Source of the DNA: Pseudomonadota bacterium | Lineage (GTDB): Bacteria; Bdellovibrionota_B; Oligoflexia; Oligoflexales; RGVZ01 | NCBI GenBank assembly: GCA_041178085.1 | Contig: JBEGVZ010000042.1 | Coordinates: 1 to 59,683 of the forward strand | Reading direction: 5' to 3' | Length of the DNA: 59,683 nucleotides | Shown: positions 57,994 through 59,683 of the stretch, piece by piece | Layout of the letters: each line of letters begins with the position of its first letter | How positions within the stretch are numbered: the first letter of the stretch is position 1 | The notes under the pieces: model-generated | Seen by the model: only the letters and a program-made list of their open reading frames with translations | Told to the model about the DNA's origin: nothing | Database searches by the model: none | Position numbers and translations under genes: made by a program

Positions 57994-59205
57994 ATGACCG
58001 GACCAGCGTTGAAACCAACACTCAGGCTTGCCACTCCTGACGATGCCAACGCGATCGCCATGCTCTATCAGGTGATTTACGGAGGTCATTATACCAACCC
58101 GCTGATGCGGGACACAGCCCTGCTCCAGGAATTCCTGGCAAACCCCTCGAACGTCTGGGTTGTAGCGGAAGTGACAGGTGCGCAAGGGAATGTCAGTCGG
58201 GGCTGGAAATCAAGTGCAGGTGGTGCCATTGTCGGGTCCGTCGTTTATGAGACGGACGCCTCCCATCGGCTGGCGCGGGCCTTTGGCGCGGCTGTTTTCC
58301 CTGAATTTCGGGGCCAGCAGATACTCGAGAAGGCCATGCTCCTGGCTCAGGAGCAACTGACGACTACCATGGGCATCGTTGACGTGATCTATGGAACCAC
58401 CAGGACGTCAACACCTGCACCTCAAATTGTCACGGAACACCTCGGTTACAAAAAGCTTGGGATTTTCCCTAACGTACACAAGACGGATATTTACGAAACT
58501 CACTGCCTCACCGCATTCTTCACCACGGAGGCGCTGTGGGCGCGTTTTCAGGATTTTCGCCTGCACCCGGGAATCATGAACCTCTACGAGATCGTCCGCA
58601 CCGAGTGCACATTGGCCCGGTTGAATCCTGCGACGTCGGATGACCTGACGCTCGACGATTTTCCTGAGCAGCTGCCGCTTGAATTGATCGAAGCTGCGAA
58701 TTTCGCCAAGCACCGCTTCCAGGAACAGCGGGACAACGGCGCCCTTCAAGCTCATTTCTATCCTTTTCACTCGCCAAACATCGTGATCTGTTCCCCCTGC
58801 CAGACGATTGAGATCTTTGCCTTCAAGGAAGCGGCAGACAGTCATTGCACAATCATGGGCATCAAAAAACCCAAGGGTCATGACTTCACATACATCCTTG
58901 AACGTTGCGTGCATCTCTTGAATTCGATCGGTGTGCGGTACATTGAAATACTTGTCCGCGCTGACAAGGCAAAGACCATTGAGCGGGTCCTGCGGGCGCG
59001 TTTCCTTCCGTGTGCGTATTTCCCGGCCTTCCAGTTGAACGGCGACAAGCGTTATGATTTTGTCGTCTTGAGCAGGACGTTTGAGATTCTCGACTTCAAA
59101 CATCTGAAGCTGGCCGGCAAAAATCGTGTTTATCTGGATGAATACGTCCGTAATATCCAGGAGCATTTCCTGAGGCCCATTCACACCGTGGGAGGCCAAG
59201 GTTGA
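57994..59205 (+). CDS. Two-domain GNAT acetyltransferase-like protein
   Basis: LRLATPDDA, AVFPEFRGQQI acyl-CoA motif, LGYKKLGIFP; second degenerate GNAT domain (F.PCAYFP). Confidence 0.8.
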   Translation: MTGPALKPTLRLATPDDANAIAMLYQVIYGGHYTNPLMRDTALLQEFLANPSNVWVVAEVTGAQGNVSRGWKSSAGGAIVGSVVYETDASHRLARAFGAAVFPEFRGQQILEKAMLLAQEQLTTTMGIVDVIYGTTRTSTPAPQIVTEHLGYKKLGIFPNVHKTDIYETHCLTAFFTTEALWARFQDFRLHPGIMNLYEIVRTECTLARLNPATSDDLTLDDFPEQLPLELIEAANFAKHRFQEQRDNGALQAHFYPFHSPNIVICSPCQTIEIFAFKEAADSHCTIMGIKKPKGHDFTYILERCVHLLNSIGVRYIEILVRADKAKTIERVLRARFLPCAYFPAFQLNGDKRYDFVVLSRTFEILDFKHLKLAGKNRVYLDEYVRNIQEHFLRPIHTVGGQG

Positions 59206-59683
59206 ATCAACCCCGTCACCCGACTGACCGGCTTTTCGAATCGAATCCTTTTGATCACTCCGATGCAGCGCAGGCGTTGTTTCGCGAAAGCTTTGTTGCA
59301 AGCGCCGAGGCGCATTTCTCAGGCAATCGCTTCTTCAAGGGAATTTGGGAAGAAGCGGGAATGCAGCCACGCCAGATCAAATCCGAAGCGGATTTGGATA
59401 AAGTCCCGGCGATCATGGTCAATCTATTCAAGGAACAGGAGTTGATGACCGGACCGCGTGAAGATGTCGTGTTGACCCTTACAAGTTCCGGAACCGGTGG
59501 GCAGAAGAGCCAAATCTTCCTGAATCAGGAGTCCCTGAAACGGGTCAAGAGGTTGGCCTGGCAAATCCATGCAGCGCTCGGGATGACCTCCGACGATGAA
59601 GTCAATTACCTGTGCTTCACCTATGATCCTGCTGTGGCAACCAACCTTGGAACCGCTTTTACCGATGAGCTTCTCACCAGTTT
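59202..59683 (+). CDS. LuxE/PaaK-like acyl-protein synthetase (3' end outside window; absent from ORF track)
   Basis: TTG overlaps the GNAT stop; open to window end: ...LDKVPAIMVNLFKEQEL...LTLTSSGTGGQKSQIFL...YDP...LGTAFTD. Confidence 0.82.
   Translation, partial: MNQPRHPTDRLFESNPFDHSDAAQALFRESFVASAEAHFSGNRFFKGIWEEAGMQPRQIKSEADLDKVPAIMVNLFKEQELMTGPREDVVLTLTSSGTGGQKSQIFLNQESLKRVKRLAWQIHAALGMTSDDEVNYLCFTYDPAVATNLGTAFTDELLTS

Noticed and set aside
1..59683. CRISPR arrays, IS elements, prophage, rRNA
   Set aside because: No spaced direct repeats, transposase/integrase/phage motifs or rRNA-like sequence seen by eye; intergenic gaps are all short.

Overview
A 59.7 kb, moderately GC-rich bacterial chromosomal segment. 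Gene content (prkA-yeaH-spoVR, ChaN-like fusion, receiver-TPR proteins, many Cys-rich orphan lipoproteins, dispersed flagellar genes) suggests Bdellovibrionota/Oligoflexia or a related delta-type lineage; this is an inference. Most genes are housekeeping: hrpB (5'-truncated), glutathione peroxidase, fabI, glpK, fmt, ispA, prfB with a +1 programmed frameshift, an lpxH-like gene, acpP-rpiB-glyA-nrdR-ribE-ribBX-ribH-nusB, fliD, fliN, flbD, a thiolase and tRNA-Met. I found no CRISPR array, integrase or transposase. The most unusual parts are four. (i) A cluster of four lipoprotein genes (5.4-10.6 kb) with a 4x Ig-repeat adhesin-like protein and a small lipoprotein whose last 70 residues are 27% Tyr, contain no acidic residue and start with CWRWRR, like a pro-peptide/mature-peptide precursor. 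(ii) A lipidated metacaspase-like gene plus a delta-60-repeat gene inserted in the riboflavin operon between CATGAG copies. (iii) A MFS / tandem-GNAT / LuxE-like cluster at the right edge. (iv) Degenerate signalling proteins: an MCP-like protein with a decayed tip and a receiver with Asp replaced by Glu.
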